Source: Alphaproteobacteria bacterium
GTDB lineage: Bacteria; Pseudomonadota; Alphaproteobacteria; Rs-D84
Reading direction: 5' to 3'
DNA length: 64,000 nucleotides
Assembly (NCBI GenBank): GCA_017505705.1
Contig: JAFVOS010000005.1
Location: 29,493 to 93,492 of the forward strand
Position numbers and translations under genes: made by a program. How positions within the stretch are numbered: position 1 is the stretch's first letter; each line of letters opens with the position of its first letter. Below are positions 56,562-64,000 of this stretch, one piece after another. Below the pieces are notes generated by a model. The model saw nothing but the letters and a program-made list of their open reading frames with translations. It searched no databases and was not told the DNA's origin.

Positions 56562-58624
56562 ACAATTTTAACAAAGTTTCGGGCAACTTTTTTGATACCT
56601 TTGTTCTTAAACGCCACAGTTAAAATATCGCCATTTTCTTCAATCACAACGCCAGATCCCATTTCAGCATGGGTTACAAATTTCCCCTTTAGCGTATCGC
56701 TTTTTATTGGTGCAGGACGTGATTTTTGTGGTGCTTCATACGAATGTGGCATAGGTGCATGATAAACATGATTTCTGTGTACACCACCCTGGAAATCCAG
56801 ATAACGATTATCCATTTCTGTAATAAATCGACTGGGGCAATTATACTGACGTTGGCCAAACATGACACGTGACATGGCATTGCTGATAACACATATACGG
56901 CGGGCACGTGTTATTGCAACGTACGCCAGGCGACGCTCTTCTTCCAGGGCACCTTCGCTGATTGTGCGTTCATTGGGAAAAATATTTTCTTCCCACGCAG
57001 GCAAAAATACAGTGTCAAATTCCAGCCCCTTGGCCGCATGGATTGTCATAATGGATACAACGTTGCCTGTCACTTCTGCATCATTATCGTCGGTCATCAT
57101 CAATGCCGCATGTTCCAGGAAATCAGCAACAGTATCGTATTTTGATATAACACCATTTATCAATTCACGAATATTTATCAAGCGGTCTGGGGCGTCAGAA
57201 TCCTTGGATTCTTGCCACATTTTTATATAGCCAGAACGTTCTAGCAATGTTTGTGTCGCATCCCGGGGCGAAACAGATTCCCAATCAAATTCAAACGCTG
57301 ATAAAAATTCGTCTGCATTTGTTCGTTGTTTGGCCGATAATGGTGCATTGCGCAAACCAGACATCAAATTTGGACCACAGGCACGTATTTTCGCAATTGC
57401 CGCATCACCAAATCCACGACGAGGCTTGCCAATAACACGTAAAAAAGACATATCGTCAAATGGGTATACCAACAAACGCAAATACGCAATTACATCACGA
57501 ATTTCTGCCCGGTCATAGAACTTTGTTGCACCAACCAATTTATATGGGATTGCACGCCGACCAAATTCTTCTTCGAATAAACGTGACAAAGTTCCTGTCC
57601 GAATTAAAACCGCATAGTCATCAAACTGGGTATTGCCGTCACGTGTTATATAATCTGCGATTATACGCACTTCGTCATAATCAGATGGTAATGTTAGGAC
57701 ATAAACAGGTTCACCATTACCAGCACTGGATAAATTGTGTAATTCTTTGCCCAAACGATCACGATTATGGCGTATTAATGAATTAGCTGCACCCAATATG
57801 TTTGATGTGGATCGATAATTTGTTTCCAGACGAATAATTTGAGCATTTGGATAGGTCTTTTGAAAATCTAAAATGTTCTTTATTTCTGCACCACGCCACG
57901 AATAAATAGACTGGTCGTCATCACCAACGCAACAAATATTTGGATTATCCATGCCAGACGTTAGCATGCGCAATAATTCCATCTGGGCATTGTTTGTGTC
58001 TTGAAATTCATCAACCAGAATATATTTAAACTGATTTTGATATCGTGCAAGAACATCTGGATTATCACGAAACAGCTTTAAAACATGCAAAATTATATCA
58101 CCAAAATCAACTGCATTTAATCGGGCAAGTTCAGCGTTATATGCATTAAACAATTTATCTTTGTTATCCAGCGCAGATAATCCCTTGTCTTTTATCTTGG
58201 AAAATTCTTCAACATAGTCGGCTGGCGATTTCGTGGATGTGCCAAGAACTGATTTTATGACAGCCTTTTGGTCTTCTTCGCCATATATAAGAAAATTTTG
58301 CATCAAACCCGATGCCGCCGCATTTGCACGCAATATACGCAGGCATATCGAATGAAATGTTCCACACCATATGTCGCCAGCATACCATGCGCCAGATGAC
58401 AGGGCTGACAAGCGGTTCTTCATTTCATTGGCGGCTTTGTTCGTAAACGTTAATGCCAAAACATTCCATGGCATACACAGGTTCTGGTTTAGTATATATG
58501 CAATGCGTGTCGTCAGGACACGTGTTTTTCCTGTGCCTGCACCAGCCAAAACCAACAATGCACCATCTGTTGTTGTGACCGACAGACTTTGTTTTTCATT
58601 AAGATTTTCTAGCAATGAATTCAT
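56558..58624 (-). CDS. uvrD: UvrD/PcrA/Rep-family ATP-dependent DNA helicase
   Basis: 688 aa. Walker A AGAGTGKT and helicase motifs throughout (…TFHS…VDEFQDTN…). Confidence 0.9.
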   Translation of the reverse strand: MNSLLENLNEKQSLSVTTTDGALLVLAGAGTGKTRVLTTRIAYILNQNLCMPWNVLALTFTNKAANEMKNRLSALSSGAWYAGDIWCGTFHSICLRILRANAAASGLMQNFLIYGEEDQKAVIKSVLGTSTKSPADYVEEFSKIKDKGLSALDNKDKLFNAYNAELARLNAVDFGDIILHVLKLFRDNPDVLARYQNQFKYILVDEFQDTNNAQMELLRMLTSGMDNPNICCVGDDDQSIYSWRGAEIKNILDFQKTYPNAQIIRLETNYRSTSNILGAANSLIRHNRDRLGKELHNLSSAGNGEPVYVLTLPSDYDEVRIIADYITRDGNTQFDDYAVLIRTGTLSRLFEEEFGRRAIPYKLVGATKFYDRAEIRDVIAYLRLLVYPFDDMSFLRVIGKPRRGFGDAAIAKIRACGPNLMSGLRNAPLSAKQRTNADEFLSAFEFDWESVSPRDATQTLLERSGYIKMWQESKDSDAPDRLINIRELINGVISKYDTVADFLEHAALMMTDDNDAEVTGNVVSIMTIHAAKGLEFDTVFLPAWEENIFPNERTISEGALEEERRLAYVAITRARRICVISNAMSRVMFGQRQYNCPSRFITEMDNRYLDFQGGVHRNHVYHAPMPHSYEAPQKSRPAPIKSDTLKGKFVTHAEMGSGVVIEENGDILTVAFKNKGIKKVARNFVKIV

Positions 58625-58687
58625 GATTTAATTATAATACCACAAACAATAATTATCCAAAATATAATTTTATGACGGAAAGGAAAC

Positions 58688-59365
58688 ATGAAACGTATTA
58701 TTTGCTTTGACATTGAAACAACTGGACTGGAATATGCACGTGGTGATCGTATCATTGAAATCGGCGCAGTAGAGGTTATTGATGGCGTGGTCACTGATAA
58801 CAATTTCCACGAATATATAAATCCAGATGGAAAAATTATTCCACCTGATTCATACATGGTTCACAAGATTTCTAATGCCTTTTTGGAAGACAAACCAAAA
58901 ATGGGTGAAGTTGCCCAGAAATTTTTGGACTTTATCGGCGACAGCCCGATTGTTGCGCATAACGGACTGGATTTTGACTTTCCATTTGTAAATCATGAAC
59001 TGTCTATGCTGGGGTTTCCACAAATTCCACGCAGCCAGCAATTAGATTCTATTGTCATTGCAAGAAATCGTGTTTTTGGCCCAAAAAGCTATTCTTTGGA
59101 TGCATTGGCCAAATGGTATGGGATATCACTGACGGCACGTGCAGATGCACACGGGGCATTAATTGACTCTGAAATTCTGGCCAAGGTGTTTATAGAATTA
59201 GAAAACACAGCACCAGCACCAGATGTATCAGAAATAATCGCAAAACAACATGCAGCAATGTTGGCGCATCCAAAAATCGGTGCAGATTTTCCATATCGTA
59301 AATTTACAGTTCCCGCAGAAGACCAATCTGCACATGACGAGTTCATGGCAAAAATTACCGCTTAA
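58688..59365 (+). CDS. dnaQ: DNA polymerase III epsilon subunit (3'-5' exonuclease)
   Basis: 225 aa. Exo I motif FDIETTGL, plus Exo II and Exo III motifs (…HNGLDFDFPF…, …HGALIDSE…). Confidence 0.9.
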   Translation: MKRIICFDIETTGLEYARGDRIIEIGAVEVIDGVVTDNNFHEYINPDGKIIPPDSYMVHKISNAFLEDKPKMGEVAQKFLDFIGDSPIVAHNGLDFDFPFVNHELSMLGFPQIPRSQQLDSIVIARNRVFGPKSYSLDALAKWYGISLTARADAHGALIDSEILAKVFIELENTAPAPDVSEIIAKQHAAMLAHPKIGADFPYRKFTVPAEDQSAHDEFMAKITA

Positions 59366-59427
59366 AAATTTGCACAGGAATAAAATCGTTGGTATACTGG
59401 TCATGAACAATTTAACAAGGAATAAAA

Positions 59428-60030
59428 ATGCTTAGAAAAACAGATGTTGTTGTGTTTGATTTTGATGGAACACTTTCTGCACGTGATTCAAATGTAGAAT
59501 TTGCAAAATATTGTTTTAGACACTCGTTGCGACCATGGTTGTTTCTGCCATTGATGATGGTTTGTGGCGTTATACGCTGGATAAAGCCACATGGATTGTG
59601 GTGGCGTGAAAACATTCGTCGTTTTTTAACACCAGAAATGGTTAAAAAGTTTGCACCTGATTTTATAAAAGCACACAAACGTGAACGATTTGGTTGGGCA
59701 CGTGAACGTGTTCAGGCAGAACGTGACGCAGGACGCAAAGTTGTGCTGATTTCTGCCAGCGCAGATTATCTGATACCAGGTTTGGTTCGTGACATAAAAT
59801 TTGATGCAGTTTTGTGTTCACGCATGAACAAAGTTAAGCCATGGAAATATGAATATATATGCTGGGGGATAAAAAAAGTTTATGCACTGGACGAATGGGC
59901 AAAACAAAATAAAATTATTCCACATGTTGTTCGTTCTTATTCGGACAGTAAATCGGATATGCCAATGATGGAAATTGCCGACGAGCAGGTTTGGATTAAT
60001 CGCAAGACGGGCATGCGAAAAGATGCCTAG
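59428..60030 (+). CDS. HAD-superfamily hydrolase (HAD-IB / phosphoserine-phosphatase-like)
   Basis: 200 aa. DxDGT motif (VVFDFDGTL), a C-terminal YSDSKSD region and a conserved Asp. Confidence 0.7.
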   Translation: MLRKTDVVVFDFDGTLSARDSNVEFAKYCFRHSLRPWLFLPLMMVCGVIRWIKPHGLWWRENIRRFLTPEMVKKFAPDFIKAHKRERFGWARERVQAERDAGRKVVLISASADYLIPGLVRDIKFDAVLCSRMNKVKPWKYEYICWGIKKVYALDEWAKQNKIIPHVVRSYSDSKSDMPMMEIADEQVWINRKTGMRKDA

Positions 60031-60064
60031 TGCACAGATTATTTTGTTTGATAAAATAGTATCC

Positions 60065-60337
60065 ATGGCAATCATGGATACTTTTTTTGATTTTTTAAGT
60101 GCGTCTGGCGGGGCGATTTTAGGTGCATTGTTTGCATTTGTGTTAAATCACAAGCGCAACAAGAAAATGTCAAACCAACTGGTTGTCAGCCGGCAAACAA
60201 TTGATAAAATTAAATTAGAAAATTCTAATTTACTGGAACAAATCAAAGAAAAAGAAAATATGATTTTAAAATTAGAAATGCAAATCTTGGGCACCAACCA
60301 AGAAACAGCCGATAAAAAATCAACAAAAAAGAAATAG
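60065..60337 (+). CDS. small membrane/coiled-coil protein (hypothetical)
   Basis: Roughly 90 aa from the internal ATG. One TM helix followed by a Lys/Glu-rich coiled-coil. Confidence 0.35.
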   Translation: MAIMDTFFDFLSASGGAILGALFAFVLNHKRNKKMSNQLVVSRQTIDKIKLENSNLLEQIKEKENMILKLEMQILGTNQETADKKSTKKK

Positions 60338-60340
60338 TTT

Positions 60341-60655
60341 TTATTTACCAAAAATAAAACTGTTATCACGACTGATTTCGATAATTGCATCAATATCATC
60401 GTCATCAGATGTTCGCTGGCGCTTGATTTTTCCGCACTTTTCGCATTTGTGGGTTATGATAAATTTTGCACCGTCGGATTCAACACTTATCGGGCGCATC
60501 ATTCCACCACATGTCGCCAAACGATCACCTGGGTTATTATCAACATGGCACGACCACAAACATCTGGGGCAATGATTTGTGTATCCGTTGCCACGAACAA
60601 CTGCGCCACAGTGGGCGCAGTTAAAATCTTCAACCGTTTTTGTAAACGCCTTCAT
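60341..60655 (-). CDS. RNHCP-domain zinc-ribbon protein
   Basis: 104 aa. Contains FNCAHCGAVV…YTNHCPRCLWSCHVD…CEKCGK, with the RNHCP signature present. Confidence 0.7.
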   Translation of the reverse strand: MKAFTKTVEDFNCAHCGAVVRGNGYTNHCPRCLWSCHVDNNPGDRLATCGGMMRPISVESDGAKFIITHKCEKCGKIKRQRTSDDDDIDAIIEISRDNSFIFGK

Positions 60656-60903
60656 TACAGTCCCAATGCGTTGCGGTACATTTGTGTTAATTCGTCCGCT
60701 TCATCAATTTCATCTGGATCCATCTTGCGCAGACGTATCATCTGGCGGATATATTTTGGATCATAACCAGCGGATTTTGCTTCGCTAAAAATTTCTTTGA
60801 TATCGGCGGCAATTGCAGCGGTATCTTCGTTTAACTTTTCAATTCTTTCAATAATGCTGATTAATTGCTGGTTATCAAATGCGCCATGGTTTGCTTGTTT
60901 CAT
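60655..60903 (-). CDS. gapR: GapR-like DUF2312 nucleoid-associated protein
   Basis: 82 aa. …IERIEKLNEDTAAIAADIKEIFSEAKSAGYDPKYIRQMIRLRKMDPDE… is the conserved alphaproteobacterial DUF2312/GapR pattern. Confidence 0.75.
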   Translation of the reverse strand: MKQANHGAFDNQQLISIIERIEKLNEDTAAIAADIKEIFSEAKSAGYDPKYIRQMIRLRKMDPDEIDEADELTQMYRNALGL

Positions 60904-60984
60904 TTCTGTTTTCCCCTTGTTTATTTGACAAGTTTATGATATACCATAAATCGAAAAATGCAAGAAAAACAGGAAGGGAAAATT

Positions 60985-62355
60985 ATGAATAAATACACAA
61001 AAATTACTGCATCAATTGGCCCAAATTGCGAAGATAAAGAAACTTTAACACGTATGATTTCTGCTGGTGTTAACATTTGTCGCCTAAACTTCAGTCATGA
61101 TACAGGCGATGCCCAGGGTGCAAAAATTGATTTAATACGTTCTGTTTCCGAAGAATTGGAAACACCTGTGGCAATTATGATTGATTTGCAAGGACCCAAG
61201 CATCGTATCGGTAATTTCGCAACCGAAAAACCATATGATTTAGTAATCGGACAAAAGTTTACATTTGATAACGATCCAACACCGGGCGATAATACACGTG
61301 TTCAGTTGCCAGACAGCGACGTGTTAAAATCACTGAATGTTGGCGACAGGGTTTTATTAAATGACGGCAAAATAGAAATGCGTGTTGACGATGTGTTGGA
61401 TAATGCCGTTGTGACAACGGTTCTGCGTGGTGATAAAATCTGGTCCAGACGTGGTTTCAATTTACCAGACACTGAAATCTCAACATCTGTTTTAACCCCA
61501 AAAGACAGGGCGGATTTGGAATATGCAATAACAAAAAAACCAGACTATGTTGCAATTTCTTTTGTTCAGAAACCAGAAGATATTGCAGAGGTTCGTGATT
61601 TCATAACCCAACGTACTGCACACCCAATAAAAATTATCGCAAAAATAGAACGACCAAATGCCGTTGAACGTATTTGCGATATTGCCGCCGCCGCAGATGG
61701 TATTATGATTGCACGTGGCGATTTAGCAGTAGAGGTACCATTCGAAGCAGTTCCTGCAATTTCCAGATGCATCATTCGTGAATGCAGAAAAATGAACAAG
61801 CCTGTTATTGTGGCAACACAAATGCTGGGATCAATGGTCGCCAGTGAATTCCCAACACGTGCAGAAATTACAGACGTTGCAAATACTGCGTATCTGCGTG
61901 CTGATTCAACAATGACCAGCGAAGAAACAACGATTGGTATTAATCCTGTTAATGTTATCGAAACAATGTATAAAATTTTGTCGCACGCAGATATGGACGC
62001 AATCGCAAATCCATACGATTGGTCACGTGTAGAAAATATACCAGAAAACGATTGGTCACGATCTGTGGCATCTATGGCATATTTGAACAAGGCATCGGCC
62101 ATCGTAGTTTTTGCACGTGATACAGATATTGCAATACAGATTTCCTGTCGCAAACCAGATATTCCAATTGTTGCGGTGTGCAATGAATCTGCGACGGCAA
62201 ATCAATTGTGTTTGGCGCGTGGGATATTCCCAATATATGACCCACAACTGTTTGGAATGCGCGATGCATTTAACGCAGTTCGCAGATTCCAAATCAATAT
62301 GGGCAAACTGGTTATTGTTGATGAAGACAAAATCAGCCTGCGAACACTGGATTAA
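60985..62355 (+). CDS. pyk: pyruvate kinase
   Basis: Start at ATG 60985 after RBS AGGAAGGGA. N-terminus KITASIGPNCEDKETLTRMISAGVNICRLNFSH and motif MIDLQGPKHRIG are classic pyruvate kinase features. Confidence 0.92.
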   Translation: MNKYTKITASIGPNCEDKETLTRMISAGVNICRLNFSHDTGDAQGAKIDLIRSVSEELETPVAIMIDLQGPKHRIGNFATEKPYDLVIGQKFTFDNDPTPGDNTRVQLPDSDVLKSLNVGDRVLLNDGKIEMRVDDVLDNAVVTTVLRGDKIWSRRGFNLPDTEISTSVLTPKDRADLEYAITKKPDYVAISFVQKPEDIAEVRDFITQRTAHPIKIIAKIERPNAVERICDIAAAADGIMIARGDLAVEVPFEAVPAISRCIIRECRKMNKPVIVATQMLGSMVASEFPTRAEITDVANTAYLRADSTMTSEETTIGINPVNVIETMYKILSHADMDAIANPYDWSRVENIPENDWSRSVASMAYLNKASAIVVFARDTDIAIQISCRKPDIPIVAVCNESATANQLCLARGIFPIYDPQLFGMRDAFNAVRRFQINMGKLVIVDEDKISLRTLD

Positions 62356-62377
62356 AAAAACTAATTGTTAGCTTAAA

Positions 62378-62408
62378 AAAATCCCCCAAACGGGGGATTT
62401 TTTTTTAG
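62378..62408. terminator. bidirectional rho-independent terminator between pyk and ppdK
   Basis: AAATCCCCC-aaac-GGGGGATTT hairpin followed by a T-run. Confidence 0.8.
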
Positions 62409-64000
62409 TTCTTTCTTGGGAACCGAACGGCGGCTTGGGCCGCGGCAAGACGTGCAATTGGCACACGGAACGGTGAACAAGAAACCGAGTTAAATCCACA
62501 CTGGTGGAAGAACTGGATTGATTCTGGATCACCACCATGTTCACCACATACGCCCAAGTGGATTTTGTCGCCCTTGGTATCACGTGCTTTTTTAACAGCG
62601 TCCTTAATCAACAGACCAACACCCAACTGATCAACAGATGCGAATGGGTCTGCAACATATACACCACGTGCACGATATTCGTCCAAGATTTTTGCAGTAT
62701 CGTCACGCGACATACCCAATGTTGTCTGGGTCAAGTCATTTGTACCAAATTCAAAGAATTCACATGATTCTGCAATTTCATTTGCCAAAACAGCGGCACG
62801 TGGCAATTCAATCATTGAACCCACAGTGTATTCAACAGATTCGCCTGTTTCTGCAAACAATGATTGGGCCGTTGCATCAATAACCGCCTTGACGATATCA
62901 ACTTCTTTTTTCGAACCAACCAATGGAACTTCGATTTCTGGGAATACACGAATGCCAGCTTTTTTAACTTCCAGCGCAGCAGACAAAATCGCACGTGTTT
63001 GCATTTCGCAGATTTCTGGGTATGTAATCGCCAAACGGCAACCACGATGCCCCAACATTGGATTTTGTTCGTGCAAGGTTTCTGCACGCTGTTTAATGAA
63101 TTCAACAGATTTGCCAATATGGGCAGCCAATTCTTCGATTTCAGCGTCTGTATGTGGCAAGAATTCATGTAATGGTGGGTCAATCAAACGGATTGTGACC
63201 GGCAGACCATCCATAATTTTGAACAATTCGACAAAGTCCGCTTTCTGGTATGGCAATAATTTTGCCAGCGCAGCACGACGGCCTGCTTCGTCTTCGGCCA
63301 AAATCATTTCACGCATATCCTGGATACGTGATGGGTCAAAGAACATGTGTTCTGTACGTGCCAGACCGATACCTTCGGCGCCAAAATCACGTGCCTGTTT
63401 TGCATCTTTTGGTGTTTCGGCGTTTGCCTTGACCGTCAATGTTTTAATCTGGTCAACCCATTCCATCAATGTTCCAAAATTACCGGTTAATTCAACAGAT
63501 ACTGTTGGGATTTTGCCTTCGATAATCTGGCCCTTGGCACCATCGATTGAAATCCAGTCACCTTCGTTGATAACAACACCAGATGTTGTTTTCAATGTCT
63601 TGGATTCATAGTCGATTTTGATGTCTGGGGAACCAGATACACATGGTGTTCCCATACCACGTGCCACAACCGCTGCGTGTGATGTCATACCACCACGTGC
63701 AGTAATAACACCCTGGGCGGCGTTCATACCGGCGATGTCTTCCGGGGACGTTTCGATACGAATCAACATAACCTTTTTACCTTCGGATGCCCAACGTTCC
63801 GCATCTTCGGCGTTAAATACGGCCTGGCCAACGGCGGCACCTGGGGATGCAGGCAAGCCAGTTGCAATAACTTTCTTTTCAGCTTTTGGGTCCAGCATTG
63901 GGTGCAACAAGTGATCCAATTGGTCTGCACCAACACGCAAGATTGCTTCTTCTTTGGTCAACAGGCCCTCGCTAACCATTTCAACCGCCATGCGAACGGC
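62405..64000 (-). CDS. ppdK: pyruvate, phosphate dikinase, C-terminal approx 530 aa (partial, continues beyond window end)
   Basis: C-terminal PEP-utilising and TIM-barrel domains with motifs RLIDPPLHEFLP, GTNDLTQ and the catalytic Cys region. The frame is open to the window edge. Confidence 0.9.
   Translation of the reverse strand, partial: AVRMAVEMVSEGLLTKEEAILRVGADQLDHLLHPMLDPKAEKKVIATGLPASPGAAVGQAVFNAEDAERWASEGKKVMLIRIETSPEDIAGMNAAQGVITARGGMTSHAAVVARGMGTPCVSGSPDIKIDYESKTLKTTSGVVINEGDWISIDGAKGQIIEGKIPTVSVELTGNFGTLMEWVDQIKTLTVKANAETPKDAKQARDFGAEGIGLARTEHMFFDPSRIQDMREMILAEDEAGRRAALAKLLPYQKADFVELFKIMDGLPVTIRLIDPPLHEFLPHTDAEIEELAAHIGKSVEFIKQRAETLHEQNPMLGHRGCRLAITYPEICEMQTRAILSAALEVKKAGIRVFPEIEVPLVGSKKEVDIVKAVIDATAQSLFAETGESVEYTVGSMIELPRAAVLANEIAESCEFFEFGTNDLTQTTLGMSRDDTAKILDEYRARGVYVADPFASVDQLGVGLLIKDAVKKARDTKGDKIHLGVCGEHGGDPESIQFFHQCGFNSVSCSPFRVPIARLAAAQAAVRFPRKN

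Noticed and set aside
62826-63611. 261-aa plus-strand ORF inside ppdK
   Set aside because: It is antisense to unmistakable pyruvate phosphate dikinase sequence.
1-64000. CRISPR arrays, rRNA genes, IS elements/transposases, integrase genes
   Set aside because: No short regularly spaced direct repeats were seen. No rRNA-like sequence, transposase or tyrosine/serine-recombinase-like ORF was found anywhere in the window. The tRNA-linked islet therefore appears to lack its own mobility gene.

Overview
The window reads as a 64-kb chromosomal stretch from an AT-rich alphaproteobacterium. Gene order and content fit an intracellular Rickettsiales- or Holosporales-like lineage, but that is inference from the sequence alone.

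Core housekeeping genes:
- The 3' part of rpoB (runs off the window start) preceded on the minus strand by tRNA-Trp-secE-nusG-rplK-rplA-rplJ-rplL; no tuf sits upstream of tRNA-Trp.
- pyrG, comEC, truA, fmt-def, rmuC, rpmE, uvrD, dnaQ, gapR-like, pyk, and the 3' part of ppdK (runs off the window end).

Accessory content:
- A VirB8/VirB9/VirB10-like type IV secretion core operon with unusual extensions: a SPOR-like tail on the VirB9-like protein and a Cys-rich tail on the VirB10-like protein.
- A MarR-TolC-MFP-RND efflux operon.
- A gene with a sigma70 promoter encoding a C-terminal HD phosphohydrolase fused to an N-terminal domain carrying a diphtheria-toxin-like YHGT motif.
- A roughly 2.4-kb very AT-rich islet inserted at tRNA-Gln, bounded by direct repeats of the tRNA 3' end. 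It carries a tight three-gene operon (PD-(D/E)xK-nuclease-like protein plus two unknowns) with no integrase. This is my best candidate for an undescribed defense or toxin module.
- An orphan phage tail-fibre-like gene with a small chaperone-like partner.
- A 12.5-kb low-GC surface-polysaccharide locus on the minus strand: Stealth phosphotransferase, GT4 glycosyltransferases, gmd plus an Rmd-like reductase, a ManC-like cupin, a nucleotidyltransferase, MBOAT with an AlgJ-like partner, and acyltransferase-3.
- Two adjacent large secreted Gly/Ala/Thr-rich proteins.
- Two paralogous tiny Cys-rich proteins between fmt and truA.
- A divergent array of five paralogous polytopic membrane proteins sharing a CxxCxxFxDLF motif, possibly VirB6/TrbL-like.

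Short duplicated copies of tRNA 3' ends lie next to tRNA-Trp, tRNA-Gln and tRNA-Glu, suggesting repeated integration and decay events. No CRISPR array, rRNA or IS element was recognised.
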